From Enoplolaimus lenunculus (lineage: Eukaryota), in assembly GCA_030248215.1 (NCBI GenBank), contig JASANG010002125.1, forward strand, positions 434,001-495,546: DNA of 61,546 nucleotides. Direction: 5' to 3'. Both the position numbers and the translations under genes were made by a program. Position 1 is the first letter of the stretch; each line of letters opens with the position of its first letter. Positions 25,501 through 34,326 of the stretch are shown here, piece after piece. Below the pieces are notes generated by a model. It did not search any database and was not told the DNA's origin. It was given only the letters and a program-made list of their open reading frames with translations.

Positions 25501-28500
25501 GTCCGATGGAGACACATGAGTTATTGTATCGTCATTATAAACGGGGATCTCAAATACGTCAGATTTCCAATCATTTTGTCCGAGTTAACTCAAGGAACCA
25601 GCAATCATGCGTGTACCACTGAAGTCAAATAATCCTATAAAGGTCATTAGACATTTGAAATATTTAAATCAATTGTATCTGCAGTTAGGTTAAAGTATCC
25701 GCGTCGAAAACCTAAAACCAAAATAGTTGTCAATCATGTTGTACATAGCGGTTAGTCGTATATGTAGTTCCAAAGATTTGGCCAAAAATGAATCTGGATC
25801 TGAAGGACAAGTTTCAAATTAAACTCTGAATTTAATTTTTTAAGAATTTTCTCGCTTTTGTTTGTTTATATCGTAAAATTGACCAGTGTTTTTGGCAGTT
25901 TTCTAGCTGACACATGTAGAAATCGAGATATTTTGTAAAATTAACGTAGGCACAAACCAATGGCAAACGTCTTCGCAGTTAATTCTGCTTGTATTTGTAA
26001 TTAATTTTCATTTTCTGACGCGTACTGAGAGGGGGGTCAGAAGGCCCACGCCCCCCAATTCGTAATCATTTCTGTCCGATATGATGATTGCTGTATTGAA
26101 CTACTGGTTACAGTTTGTGAATGTTACTTTAACAAGCATGGATTTAGTTGTGTTTTTTGATGTGGGACTATCAGAAATTTGAATTGTTCATTACGCCACT
26201 AAAATACAACCTTTATTGTTTCAGACATATTTCAACGACTCAGCATTAACGCTCATACGAACGCTAGTCACTGGTGGTGCTACGCCTGAACTTGAGTTAA
26301 TTTTAGCCGAAGGCGCCGGCCTTCGCGGCGGCTATTCGACGCATGAAACGTTGAAAAATCGCGATCGTTGTAGAATTGCACAAATTGGTCTCTCTGATGG
26401 CTCATTCCAAAATATTACGGTAATCTATTAATTGCCTAATTTCTTATACGTCACTTGCCCGATTTACGTTTTAGACTTAAGCTTAGAGCCCGTATTCGGC
26501 AAATGTGAGTAGCACCTATTACCAGTTGGTGATAGGTCTTGTAATTTTCGAACCTGAGAATGTTCACGTTTCAAATTTAGCACATTTATTGCTTTCGATT
26601 TTTGCTCGAAAATCTGTTACTAACTGGTGATAGGTGCTATATGCATTTGAGAATATGGGCCTAGGTTTGAGAAAAAGCTTGTCTATACCGTACTTCGTTC
26701 TGTTATCAATATTTCAAATCGAGGTTAGAACCTAAATCCGTTAAAAATCAAAAATTAGGGTTTACGCCTATACTGTCTCGTTTGATTTACTCACAGGTTA
26801 ACTGTCAAAGCAAATGCATTATGCAGTTAACAATTCCCGAATCTATTGAGTTTCAAACGTATTCCTAACTCGCAATGTTAAGTAATACTGTAAAAGCTTT
26901 GATCTGCATTGCCATTTGGTATACATAACTGGCGAAAATTATATTCATCCAATAAAACTTTGGGACAATGTAAAGAACACGGGCGGAACAGTATTATAAG
27001 CATATTCCTAAGCCTAAGCCTAGTGTAAGAATGAGCATGTTCCTAAGCCTAAGCCTAAACTTAAGCCAACCAAAAAAATTAGTTTAAAGCTTAAGCTTTT
27101 TCTATTGCGGTTCTGCAGAAAAGCGTTCCGCGCCTGATCTTTACATGGGCCAAACTTTGGATTCCAGCATCAGTATATTATATAACGGCAAGTTATTTCG
27201 TTAAATTTCGCTAAATTGTACTGAAGATTTGAAATTTATCGTTATTGCAAGCACGGCCGCAACCATAGAAGCAATGCAAAAACGCCGACTTGCTTATGTC
27301 TTCAACCCATACTTTTCGAAGATTATTTCGACAGAATTAAAAGTATTCCACGTTAGAAATGTTTTAATTGGATTTTCTAGGAATCTTCTCGTCCAGTTTA
27401 CGAACAATTTTTAGTTGCGAGCTTGATTCGATGACAATTGTTGATAACGTTGGTTGTGGTGTTTGAATGAATTTTCATAATCATAATATCAGATGATAGA
27501 CGCAACGTAGAAATACCAGAAATAAATAGCAGAATTAGTATTAATTGAATGTTTTTGTTTCAGACCGGATCAACATATGGTAAATTATTTACCCTCGCCC
27601 TCAAATATCACGGTATGCTGTGTATTGGTCTGTACCGGCTCCATGATCAAGCGGCTCCGGATACAAACAAACGATATGTGATCACAAATCCTCCAGTTGA
27701 CTTAAAGCTCCTGTCATCAGATCGGGTAAATGAACGGCATTTTAGAAATTATTCAGTGGTAGATCCAGTGAAGAGAGAATGGTATGATGTATCCGGTCAC
27801 CAGCTGAATTGTGCTTCAAATTTTGCGATGTAAATTGTTCATATGATGCCCATACATTGTTTTTTTCCAGCAAATACCTGAAAAATATGTAGCGGATATT
27901 ACAACAACAGTTCGAATAATTTTACGTTTTCGGTACAAGTTTGTATTTTATATCGAAATATTTGCTAAAATTCACTGAGAAAACCGCATAAAAATTGAAA
28001 TATTAGCATATTCCTAAGCGTAAGCTTAGGCCTAAGCCTAGCCTTAGCCTAAGCCTAAGCCAAGCAAAAAATTAATCTAAAACTTAAGCTTACTCTATTC
28101 TAGTCCCACAGAAAAACGTTCCGCCCCTGATCTTTGCATGGGCCTCGTTGTTAACGTTTTCTACTTTGTTCTAATTATATCTGTAACTGTTGTTGCTCAG
28201 ACACATATTTTCAACGTATCTAAAAACCCTTGAATCGAAGGCCCCGGCTTAAGTTGCAGAACAAAATGTATTTTAAACACTTCACTGAATCGAAAAATAG
28301 TTTTAATGAAAATTTTAATACAAAATGGCTCTTGAAGGAGGCTCACAAAACCATACGCAGTCCACCGTGGTGCAGGATTAGTTTATTAATATCCGTCAAT
28401 TTTGCTCAGTAATTTTTACAAAATCCTTAAATTAAACCGTAAGAAAGTACATGCTTGTCGTGTAGACCCCGGGCCACCAACAAGCTTAATTCGACCCTGG

Positions 28501-28635
28501 TATACAAGTACCGACTCTTTGAAATAATCAAATCCTTTGTCTGACTAATTTTGCTATATTTGATTTTAGGTGTTTGTGCTGGAACAATTTGATCCAGGTC
28601 TAGAGTATGAGCCAGCAAAACTTCGGAAGATTTGA
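1366..28635 (+). CDS. slo-1: Large-conductance Ca2+- and voltage-activated K+ channel (BK/Slowpoke) alpha subunit; whole multi-exon gene, 5' exons (S0-S5) lie upstream of the window
   Basis: 18-exon path joins in frame to 843 aa plus stop: 1366-1536, 5145-5236, 6385-6495, 7078-7183, 7688-7840, 8127-8282, [9303-9415 or 10005-10117], 12529-12687, 14380-14456, 14759-14809, 17483-17606, 21710-21860, 22937-23161, 24245-24533, 25303-25433, 26225-26419, 27564-27725, 28570-28635. Contains TVGYGD filter, RCK1 HIVVCG, CKQCH heme motif and calcium bowl DQDDDDDPD. All introns are GT-AG. Confidence 0.98.
2082..2583. mobile_element. hAT-like MITE with TTCCGA subterminal repeats
   Basis: TIR TAGGGTTCCAA / TTGGAACCCTG; exact 8-bp TSD GTAAATAT at 2074-2081 and 2584-2591. 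Confidence 0.88.
4210..4254 (+). repeat. Interstitial telomere-type (TTAGGC)n tract, one of many in the window
   Basis: About 7 near-perfect TTAGGC units; TTAGGC is the known nematode telomere repeat. Confidence 0.85.
5145..5236 (+). CDS. slo-1: slo-1 exon: end of S6 and C-linker
   Basis: ttcag|[30 protein letters not shown](R)|gtatt. Confidence 0.97.
6144..6367. mobile_element. MITE with GGGYCCATATTCTCAAA TIRs
   Basis: Inverted ends of about 40 bp; second copy in opposite orientation at about 26486-26662. Confidence 0.75.
6385..6495 (+). CDS. slo-1: slo-1 exon: start of RCK1
   Basis: tttacag|[36 protein letters not shown](R)|gtttg. Confidence 0.96.
7078..7183 (+). CDS. slo-1: slo-1 exon: RCK1
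   Basis: tttacag|[35 protein letters not shown]|gtaag. Confidence 0.96.
7688..7840 (+). CDS. slo-1: slo-1 exon: RCK1
   Basis: tttatag|[51 protein letters not shown]|gtgag. Confidence 0.97.
8127..8282 (+). CDS. slo-1: slo-1 exon: RCK1
   Basis: ttgaag|[52 protein letters not shown]|gtact. Confidence 0.96.
8790..9250 (+). repeat. Degenerate purine-rich tandem repeat (about 44-bp unit, core AAAATTAAGATAGAAATCGAAAC)
   Basis: Core recurs about 7 times; + strand is strongly A/G-rich. Confidence 0.8.
9303..9415 (+). CDS. slo-1: slo-1 mutually exclusive RCK1 exon, first copy (113 nt)
   Basis: ttttcag|[37 protein letters not shown](K)|gtgag; phase 0 to 2. Confidence 0.94.
10005..10117 (+). CDS. slo-1: slo-1 mutually exclusive RCK1 exon, second copy (113 nt)
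   Basis: ttttatag|[37 protein letters not shown](E)|gtaag; same length and phase as 9303-9415. Confidence 0.94.
11629..11861. mobile_element. GCCTAA-repeat MITE, 6-bp-TSD group
   Basis: CGGCCAATGTAAA...TTTACATGGGCCA; flanks TAATAG/TATTAG. Confidence 0.78.
12177..12355. mobile_element. hAT-like MITE nested in a GCCTAA-repeat MITE
   Basis: TIR CAATGGCGGATCCA / TGGATCCGCCACTG; exact 8-bp TSD CATATTCC. Confidence 0.88.
12529..12687 (+). CDS. slo-1: slo-1 exon: end of RCK1
   Basis: tttacag|[52 protein letters not shown](R)|gtatt. Confidence 0.96.
12716..13441 (+). repeat. 56-bp minisatellite, about 13 copies
   Basis: Unit ACACTTCCTTCRCATTTAAGGTCAAGGCTTGGCTTAGGGTCCCAGCTAGGCAACAT. Confidence 0.95.
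14380..14456 (+). CDS. slo-1: slo-1 exon: CxxCH heme-binding segment
   Basis: tttttag|[25 protein letters not shown]|gtaag. Confidence 0.95.
14759..14809 (+). CDS. slo-1: slo-1 exon: RCK1-RCK2 linker
   Basis: ttttcag|(L)[16 protein letters not shown]|gtaaag; phase 1-1. Confidence 0.88.
15531..15569 (+). CDS. slo-1: slo-1 candidate 39-nt acidic cassette microexon in the linker
   Basis: tcttttatag|[13 protein letters not shown]|gttcgg; phase 1-1, frame-preserving. Confidence 0.6.
15856..16185. mobile_element. MITE family with CAAGAG.../AAAACGCAAC inverted motifs
   Basis: Inverted ends ATATCAAGAGTG / CACTCTTGATAAT; related copies at about 2590-2860, 4650-4910 and 18810-19139. Confidence 0.7.
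16212..16576. mobile_element. Foldback (palindromic) element with arms of about 175 bp
   Basis: Left arm is the imperfect reverse complement of the right arm, e.g. GATTTTCCACGCAG / CTGCGTGGAAAATC and GGAAAACTTCT / AGAAGTTTTCC. Confidence 0.85.
17483..17606 (+). CDS. slo-1: slo-1 exon: RCK1-RCK2 linker
   Basis: ttttag|[41 protein letters not shown](R)|gtaag; its phase 1 to 2 change is required to join the flanking exons. Confidence 0.88.
17685..17952. mobile_element. MITE with TCGTAGG..CTGCTATTC TIRs
   Basis: Inverted ends TCGTAGGCCAAGCTGCTATTCAGGCCAAT / ATTGGCGTGAATAGCAGATTGACCTACGA. Confidence 0.75.
19581..19682 (+). repeat. Perfect 51-bp tandem duplication
   Basis: CAATGTTGATGTTGCAAGTATTGCAATTGTTTTTGCTAATTTTATTTATTG x2. 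Confidence 0.95.
19709..19813 (+). CDS. slo-1: slo-1 cassette exon in the linker (105 nt, or 42 nt from a second acceptor at 19772)
   Basis: aattcag|[35 protein letters not shown](M)|gtatga; phase 2-2. The AYEIQKLM end matches the recalled nematode SLO-1 alternative linker segment AYEIKKLM. Confidence 0.72.
20389..20556. mobile_element. hAT-like MITE (CAGGGCCGGAGCAG TIR)
   Basis: 14-bp perfect TIR; TSD TAGATCGA/TAGATTGA; relatives at about 17232-17398, 30660-30828 and 41660-41737. Confidence 0.85.
21025..21101 (+). repeat. (ATA/ATG)n trinucleotide microsatellite
   Basis: Direct inspection. Confidence 0.95.
21239..21673 (+). repeat. 62-bp minisatellite, about 7 copies
   Basis: TTAAGCACTTAGCGAAACACTTCGAGAATAATTCTGAATTTGAGTTTTTGAAAAATTCGATT; unit starts at 21391, 21453, 21515. 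Confidence 0.92.
21710..21860 (+). CDS. slo-1: slo-1 exon: end of linker
   Basis: gtttag|[50 protein letters not shown]|gtaag. Confidence 0.96.
22368..22619 (+). repeat. 21-bp CpG-rich minisatellite, about 12 copies
   Basis: Unit CCGTACGGCGACGTCCGTCAT. Confidence 0.96.
22937..23161 (+). CDS. slo-1: slo-1 exon: RCK2
   Basis: ttttcag|[21 protein letters not shown]...[20 protein letters not shown]...LPKISLLS|gtacgt. Confidence 0.96.
23783..23968. mobile_element. GCCTAA-repeat MITE (second family), 6-bp-TSD group
   Basis: CGGCCAATGTTAC...GTAACATGGGTCA; flanks CACAGG/CACAGC; relatives at about 1022-1195 and 34975-35172. Confidence 0.8.
24088..24207 (+). repeat. Tandem duplication of about 61 bp
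   Basis: ATTTCTGCAGAGGGG...GTAGCTGTTGGTGGCGTAGAAA..TTGAAGTTGCG x2. Confidence 0.88.
24245..24533 (+). CDS. slo-1: slo-1 exon: RCK2
   Basis: tttcag|[23 protein letters not shown]...[18 protein letters not shown]...VPMITEL|gtaag. Confidence 0.96.
25303..25433 (+). CDS. slo-1: slo-1 exon: calcium bowl
   Basis: ttttag|[44 protein letters not shown]|gtaagt. Confidence 0.97.
26225..26419 (+). CDS. slo-1: slo-1 exon: RCK2
   Basis: tttcag|[39 protein letters not shown]...[20 protein letters not shown]|gtaat. Confidence 0.96.
26962..27152. mobile_element. GCCTAA-repeat MITE, 6-bp-TSD group
   Basis: GGGACAATGTAAAGAACACGGGCGGAAC / GTTCCGCGCCTGATCTTTACATGGGCCA; exact TSD AACTTT. Confidence 0.85.
27564..27725 (+). 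CDS. slo-1: slo-1 exon: end of RCK2
   Basis: tttcag|[28 protein letters not shown]...[19 protein letters not shown]|gtaaa. Confidence 0.96.
28570..28635 (+). CDS. slo-1: slo-1 last coding exon
   Basis: ttttag|[25 protein letters not shown]; nematode-type C-terminus. Confidence 0.94.
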   Translation: MFVLEQFDPGLEYEPAKLRKI

Positions 28636-29146
28636 CGTCATGAAATGTATCATGTTATATGTAGCTTTAACCAAAAAGTTTTATTGCGTTTTTCAGTTTG
28701 AATCGCATGCCTGAAGATGCGTATTCGCAGATTTAAGCTTGAAACAATTTTGCCGACCAGTGTCTGATTTTATTTTAATTCAGTTTTTTAAAGCAATTTA
28801 CCGCTACACTGGTACTGATAGGTGTGCCATAGATATACGAAATTTCAGAAGTTGAATTTAAATTTTTTACTAAATCACTCGCGAAAAATGAAACACTGAA
28901 TTGCGAGCAGTTGTAGTGGAAGTTTCATAAATTCTCACTGTTAAAGTTGAAAAATACTACTGTACTGCGTATAACGAACCTAGTTTAAATCCTCGTTTTG
29001 TGTGTTATCGACCAAACCTAACGGAAGTGCTTTATGTTTTATCCTGAACCTAGAAAAACTAATTTTCAGATCTGCATTTTAGATAGTGGAGACAAAATGT
29101 TTTGTACATGTGTGTTTTATTGCGTATTCCTACAAATATAAAATTA

Positions 29147-29886
29147 CTGCAGTGACCCAAATAAAAGAGCGGAAGATAATAAGACTCCAGTGTCCTGTGG
29201 TCTAAATTAATAAGAATCTAGCTCCTTAGTTAGAGTCCGCAAATGGATTGGGTTCAAAATTATTAATTAGTCCGTAAACGTCATTACAAGGGTGTAAACA
29301 AATAGTATAAATAACGGAAACAGATAGCGACCAAAATAACGCAATCTAAAAAAAAACGGATATTGAAGTACACAGTTTCAAAGTTGTTTTATTTTTCTGC
29401 CAACACAATAGAGGCGTGCAAATATTCACCGGACTTTCTAAAATGTAGAGAAAAAATAGCGGATGCATCAAAATTTTTGAGACTTTGGATGAATTTCGTT
29501 ATTTTTATTTTATTTCGAACAATTGCAGCATATCTGTAATGAAAAATTGCAAGATATATACATGATTTATAACTAATTTTGAATGTAAAAACAACACTAT
29601 TTCCGTTATTTCTATAACGGAAACGAACTCCGATTCTTACCGGAAACGGATATCCGGTTACACATTGGTCATTACCCTAATTATATTTGTCGCAGCACAG
29701 TTAAAAGTATATTCCTAAAGTAATCAACTAAACTGCAGAAAACGGCAGGCATAAGTTTAAGGTGTGCGGTCCAAATTTTGGAGCTGAATGGGAAAATAAA
29801 TAAAATTCCGGATCCAAATAGCGAGGTGCTATCCTCTGGAGAGACAAAATAAATATAACTCTCCCCCAATCTTAGGGTCACTACAG
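29147..29886. mobile_element. Tc1/mariner-like MITE interrupted by a hAT-like MITE (29288-29667)
   Basis: Outer TA|CTGCAGTGACCC...GGGTCACTACAG|TA; inner element has exact 8-bp TSD GTCATTAC. Confidence 0.83.
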
Positions 29887-31892
29887 TAATTAATTTGCGC
29901 AAAAGGATACATATAAAATATAGTGTTCAAAGAACAGTTTAAGCCATGTCAAGAAAAGTATTTCATACTGTAGTGACACTACTTACTAAGGGTGTAATAT
30001 GGGTGCTTCCATTTGGAGTCCTAATCAGTAAGAGTCCGTATCCCAAATTAGTGTCCGTTAGTGGATAGAGTCCCCAGAAGACTCGCCTAGACTGCTTACC
30101 TGTGGTACAGACGCTTAGATAACCAGCATGGCAATCAACAAACATGCTTTGGAGCAAGTCAGTTCTGACCAAAAAAGGAATATAAAAAGAAGGGTGTTTA
30201 GGTATGTCCAACTATAGGCTGAATTAAGAACAAATAACAGTCCGTAACTTAATAACAGAGGTAACCCTGCGGAGAAACAGGACAAATGTCAATCCCCAAA
30301 CAACTTAACAACATTATTGCAGATATTGACTAAAATTAACTAATTAACCGCCATTTTTATAATTTCGCCTCACCTCCGGCTCCGGCAATTTTCGTTGACT
30401 TCCGGCTATGATATTTTTCACCTCCCTGTTGCACCGGGGTGCCTAACTATGTTTAACCTACATCTTCCGTTGCGGGTTCGCAAAGTTTGTCGAGCTGCGG
30501 CTCTGGCATTTTTCTTTCCGGTACGAGGTTGGCGATATTTATCTCTGACCGGTGGACAATCCGGTAACAAATGACACCTTTAATGACGTGTAGCCATCAT
30601 CATTTGTTTGTACTTCGGTTTTACGCCAAAACGCTGCAAGAGAAAGCTTGTAGAAATCACAGGGCCGGAGCAGCCACCCCATACCCACACTTGGGGGGGA
30701 CGGCTACGCTAAAGAGGGCACCCCACCCTGAGAAGATTTCAAACACAAATTTAAAAAATATTTTAATTACCGCAAATGGTTGCCCATCACTGAATTTTGG
30801 GGGCACCAGCCTATCCTGCTCCGACACCCAGAGTAATCAAGAGGGACATACGCCAAACTAAAGTGCTTCATAAAATACGTTGTAAACAATATTAATGCGC
30901 TTTTCACAATAATTGAAACCTGTATATATAAAAATAAAAAAAAACAAATAAAAGATGCTATGTTTAGTGCAATTGCATAGTGAAAATCTGCTTCACCAGA
31001 GCTTGGTTAGCAGTACGGAGCCAGACGTAATGAGATAATTATTTGTAAAAGTTACTTGGCGAGCTATCGTAACTAAAACATCAATTTTTTGGATCCTTAG
31101 CAGGTTATTGAGCAGCATTTTTGACCTTTTATCGGCTTTGAGAAATTTCGCGGATTATCGTATCGCCCTTGTATCTGCGTTTAGCTTGCAATAACAAGAT
31201 ACTGATAGCGTTCTACAAACACAGGAGTCATTCGTCAGGTGCTAAAGTGTTTTAATGGTATTTTAATTTGTCTTGTTATCTTCAGATTTTGGGGTTTACA
31301 TACAATAGCAATCTTGTTCCGTACAGTTACAAACTACATAGGTCATGCTTTCAGCTAATCGCACGTGATTTTTTCGGAGTGTATTTTAAACTTATAGGTT
31401 CTATTCTAACTCAGTTTAAAGTTTAAAAGAGATACAATATATCAAAGGTTTCGTCCTAAAATATCAAATTTTGCCATTTCAAGGCGTTCAAACGCTTCTG
31501 TGAGGCTTGAAGTATTCAACGGGTCATAGCTGTTTGAGGCACGATATGTCTGATTTTTGCACGAGTTTGATGGCGTCGATGGCATGATTGTTGTCATGCA
31601 GGCGATATCGAAACATTACTTTTAGGCCTGATAACAGATTTACCATTTTTATTTACCTCTGTTCGTTATTCCGAATACCCGTTAAATTATTAGTTTTAGC
31701 CCAATATTTCTTCCGCCTAAATTGTGAAAATATAATATGTCAACATGTTGTAAGACAAGTTTAGGGTTTATGCTGCAAACGTGTCGATGTCTCAAAAATT
31801 GCATCTGTCAGCCGGCTGGTCACAAACTTGCGAGTTTCGGCGGCAAAAAACCAGCGAACGGGATTTGTAGTTTCATTAGGTATTACATAAAT

Positions 31893-32099
31893 GGGCCAAT
31901 ATAAAGAACACGGGCGGAACAATATTTTAAGCTTATTCCTAAGCGTAAGCGTAAGCCTAAGCCTAACCTAAGCGTAAGGATGAGTATATTCTTAAGCCTA
32001 ATATCCTAAGCCTAAGCCAAGCTAACAATATGTCTAAAGCTTAACCTTCTATTCTAGTCCCACAGAAAAACGTTGCACCCCTGAACTTTACTTGGGCCC
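31893..32099. mobile_element. GCCTAA-repeat MITE, 6-bp-TSD group
   Basis: Imperfect TIR of about 28 bp starting GGGCC; exact TSD ATAAAT. Confidence 0.85.
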
Positions 32100-33382
32100 A
32101 TAAATGTAATACTAGTGATCAAAGCTAACACGATACATAGCTGTCATTGTTTGTTTCATGGATCAAAACAACAAAATTAACAAGTTATTTGACTGAAAGC
32201 CAAATATATGGTCACCGCGAGCTAACACAAAGATGACAATTTTTGTAATGCATTATGATTTATTACTGTTTAGTTAAACTAAACGTAAATCTGCCAAGAT
32301 TAGAAGCAGGCGTCCAGAAAAAAACTTTAATTGAAAAGGTTTAAATCCTGGATCAGAGGGTGGCTAGAACCCCAACCACCCTCTGCCTTAGGTCTGGCAC
32401 CGTAATGTTTACTGTAACCGCGATGTATCTTATTAGATTATAAATTTTTAATTAGCGCAACTTTAACTTTTCTTCGAATTTTAAAATGTTGGTACGTGAG
32501 CAATACTTTTGAACCAGTTATACCTTATTAATTTCCGATCACGTAGAAATTACGCTGTCACAGTTCCAAGGGCGATTTGGTACGGAAACATATAATTTAA
32601 TGTTCTGGTGAAATCGTCCTATCACAAGAATTTTTATTATTTGTCCAGGATAGTTTGCTTTTAACCTGTGTTTTTACCAGAGGTTGCAACCTCATTGCTA
32701 GCAGTCTATTTGCTTGATGTACCTTGCATTTAACGCTAGTGCCAATACATAAGATTTTGCTGGTTTTGCTTGATAAAGTTTAAAAAGGAACTTCATTCCT
32801 TCTATGTGTCAAAACAGAACCTTTGGTTCGACCTACAGTGAGCGACGCTGCAAGTAATGGTTCAACGGACGGCCGAAACTGCAGTCATCTCTCGGCGCAG
32901 TGGGTAGCAAGGTGCCGTAGAGCTCAGTAACCGAAGCGGTGCCACGATTAGCTGTACGAATGTGCTAACGTAGCTCTTAACAAACTTTTTCTAATTATTT
33001 TGTCATGCAAACCCATATGCTAAAAGTATGTTCAAGGAGTGATATTCGGAACCTGACATGAGTAAATGCAAACCGAATTTGCAGTGGTTGCGCACAGTTT
33101 TCATGAAATTCCCGAATTAAAAATCGAGCGAAAAAATAACGTTTTTGTTTTAGAATGAAAATTTACATATTTTTGAAGTGTTTTACAGCTTCTCTGTCCG
33201 CTAAACGATGATTGGTGTTCATTGCTTGAGAATGTACGAAACTTTTAAATTTAGAATTTTTAAAATCCATGAAAGCTTATATTTAAAGTCGTTCTATTGT
33301 ATTTGAACAGTGACAAAAAGTACCGCTTACGATTTGAAAAATTGCGCTTTCAAAAATATATTATAAGGTTGATTTGATACTA

Positions 33383-33600
33383 CACTGCAAAAAATGATGA
33401 GTCAAATGGACTCTATCCGCAATCGGCTTTTTCTGACTACGCAAACTGAGTCGAAATGACTCCGCCAGAGATCAATCCGATTCACTGAATCGCTCAGTGA
33501 GTCGAAATTAACTCTGGCGGAGTCGAATTTGACCCAGTTTGTGTAGTCACGAAAAGCCTATTTCGGAGAGAGTCAATTTAACTCACCATTTTTTACAGTG
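33383..33600. mobile_element. CACTG-ended MITE with GAGTC/GACTC subterminal palindromes (CMC/EnSpm-like)
   Basis: CACTGCAAAAAAT / ATTTTTTACAGTG; 2-bp TSD TA. Confidence 0.85.
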
Positions 33601-34151
33601 TACAGTCCTATATATACGAGATAATTCTGTGCTAAAGCTGCCAACGAATGTCCACGAATCTGTTGTTATATGTAGCTTTATTTTGAAAATGGTACTGATG
33701 AATTTAAGTTACACCATTGTGTCGCAAATTCTAGTTCAGAATTTTCAACAAAATTTAATCTTTTAAAAACACATAATCTTTTGAAGACTTCCGCAAGCGA
33801 AACCAGGAATCACCGCCCGATGGTGGTAACAAAAAATATAAAACCTATATACAGCAAGCGATTATTTTAAAAGATAAAAAAAGTATAGCAAAAAACGTCG
33901 TAAGTAAAATTAGGCTTCCGTTGAGGCAACAGAAAGTTTGTCCGCTTCGGCGCTTCCAATTCAGATCCACCGATCCCTATACAGCGAACACAACGAGCAA
34001 CAACGTCTTTTATTCAGGCAAGCAGACAGGGTATGGGTATCCGTTGTTTCAGACATATTTGTTCCCTTCATTTTGCAACAAAATGTTACAAAAAATCTTA
34101 TAATTCCAATACTAACTATAACTACTATTAATATTTATTTTAAAAAGCGAC

Positions 34152-34326
34152 ATGGAGCCCAAAGTCAAACTTTTGCGGATGCTGAAAATTTTTGCATTAA
34201 CTCTTATGTTACCAGTTCAGCGCAGCAATGAATTGCAGAAACCGAATTTCATTTTGATTCTGACCGACGATCAAGATGAAGTGTTTCAAAGTGCGCAACA
34301 AATGCCACATTTGAATCGCTTGGCTG
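34152..34326 (+). CDS. GNS: Sulfatase exon 1
   Basis: [58 protein letters not shown]|gttagt; start could be M1 or M10. Confidence 0.88.

Noticed and set aside
28700..28750. Hammerhead-ribozyme-like CTGAAGA-TGCG-TATT-CGCA in the slo-1 3' UTR
   Set aside because: Stem II is followed by GATT rather than the required GAAA, and no stems I or III are evident
30449..30574. 41-aa Arg-rich ORF resembling a mitochondrial presequence, as first exon of an extra gene
   Set aside because: No downstream phase-compatible open exon could be joined in 30600-33900; candidates hit stops
32815..32975. GC-richer island with an A-box-like GGCGCAGTGGGTAGC
   Set aside because: No B box, no recognisable RNA family, and no convincing open exon on either strand
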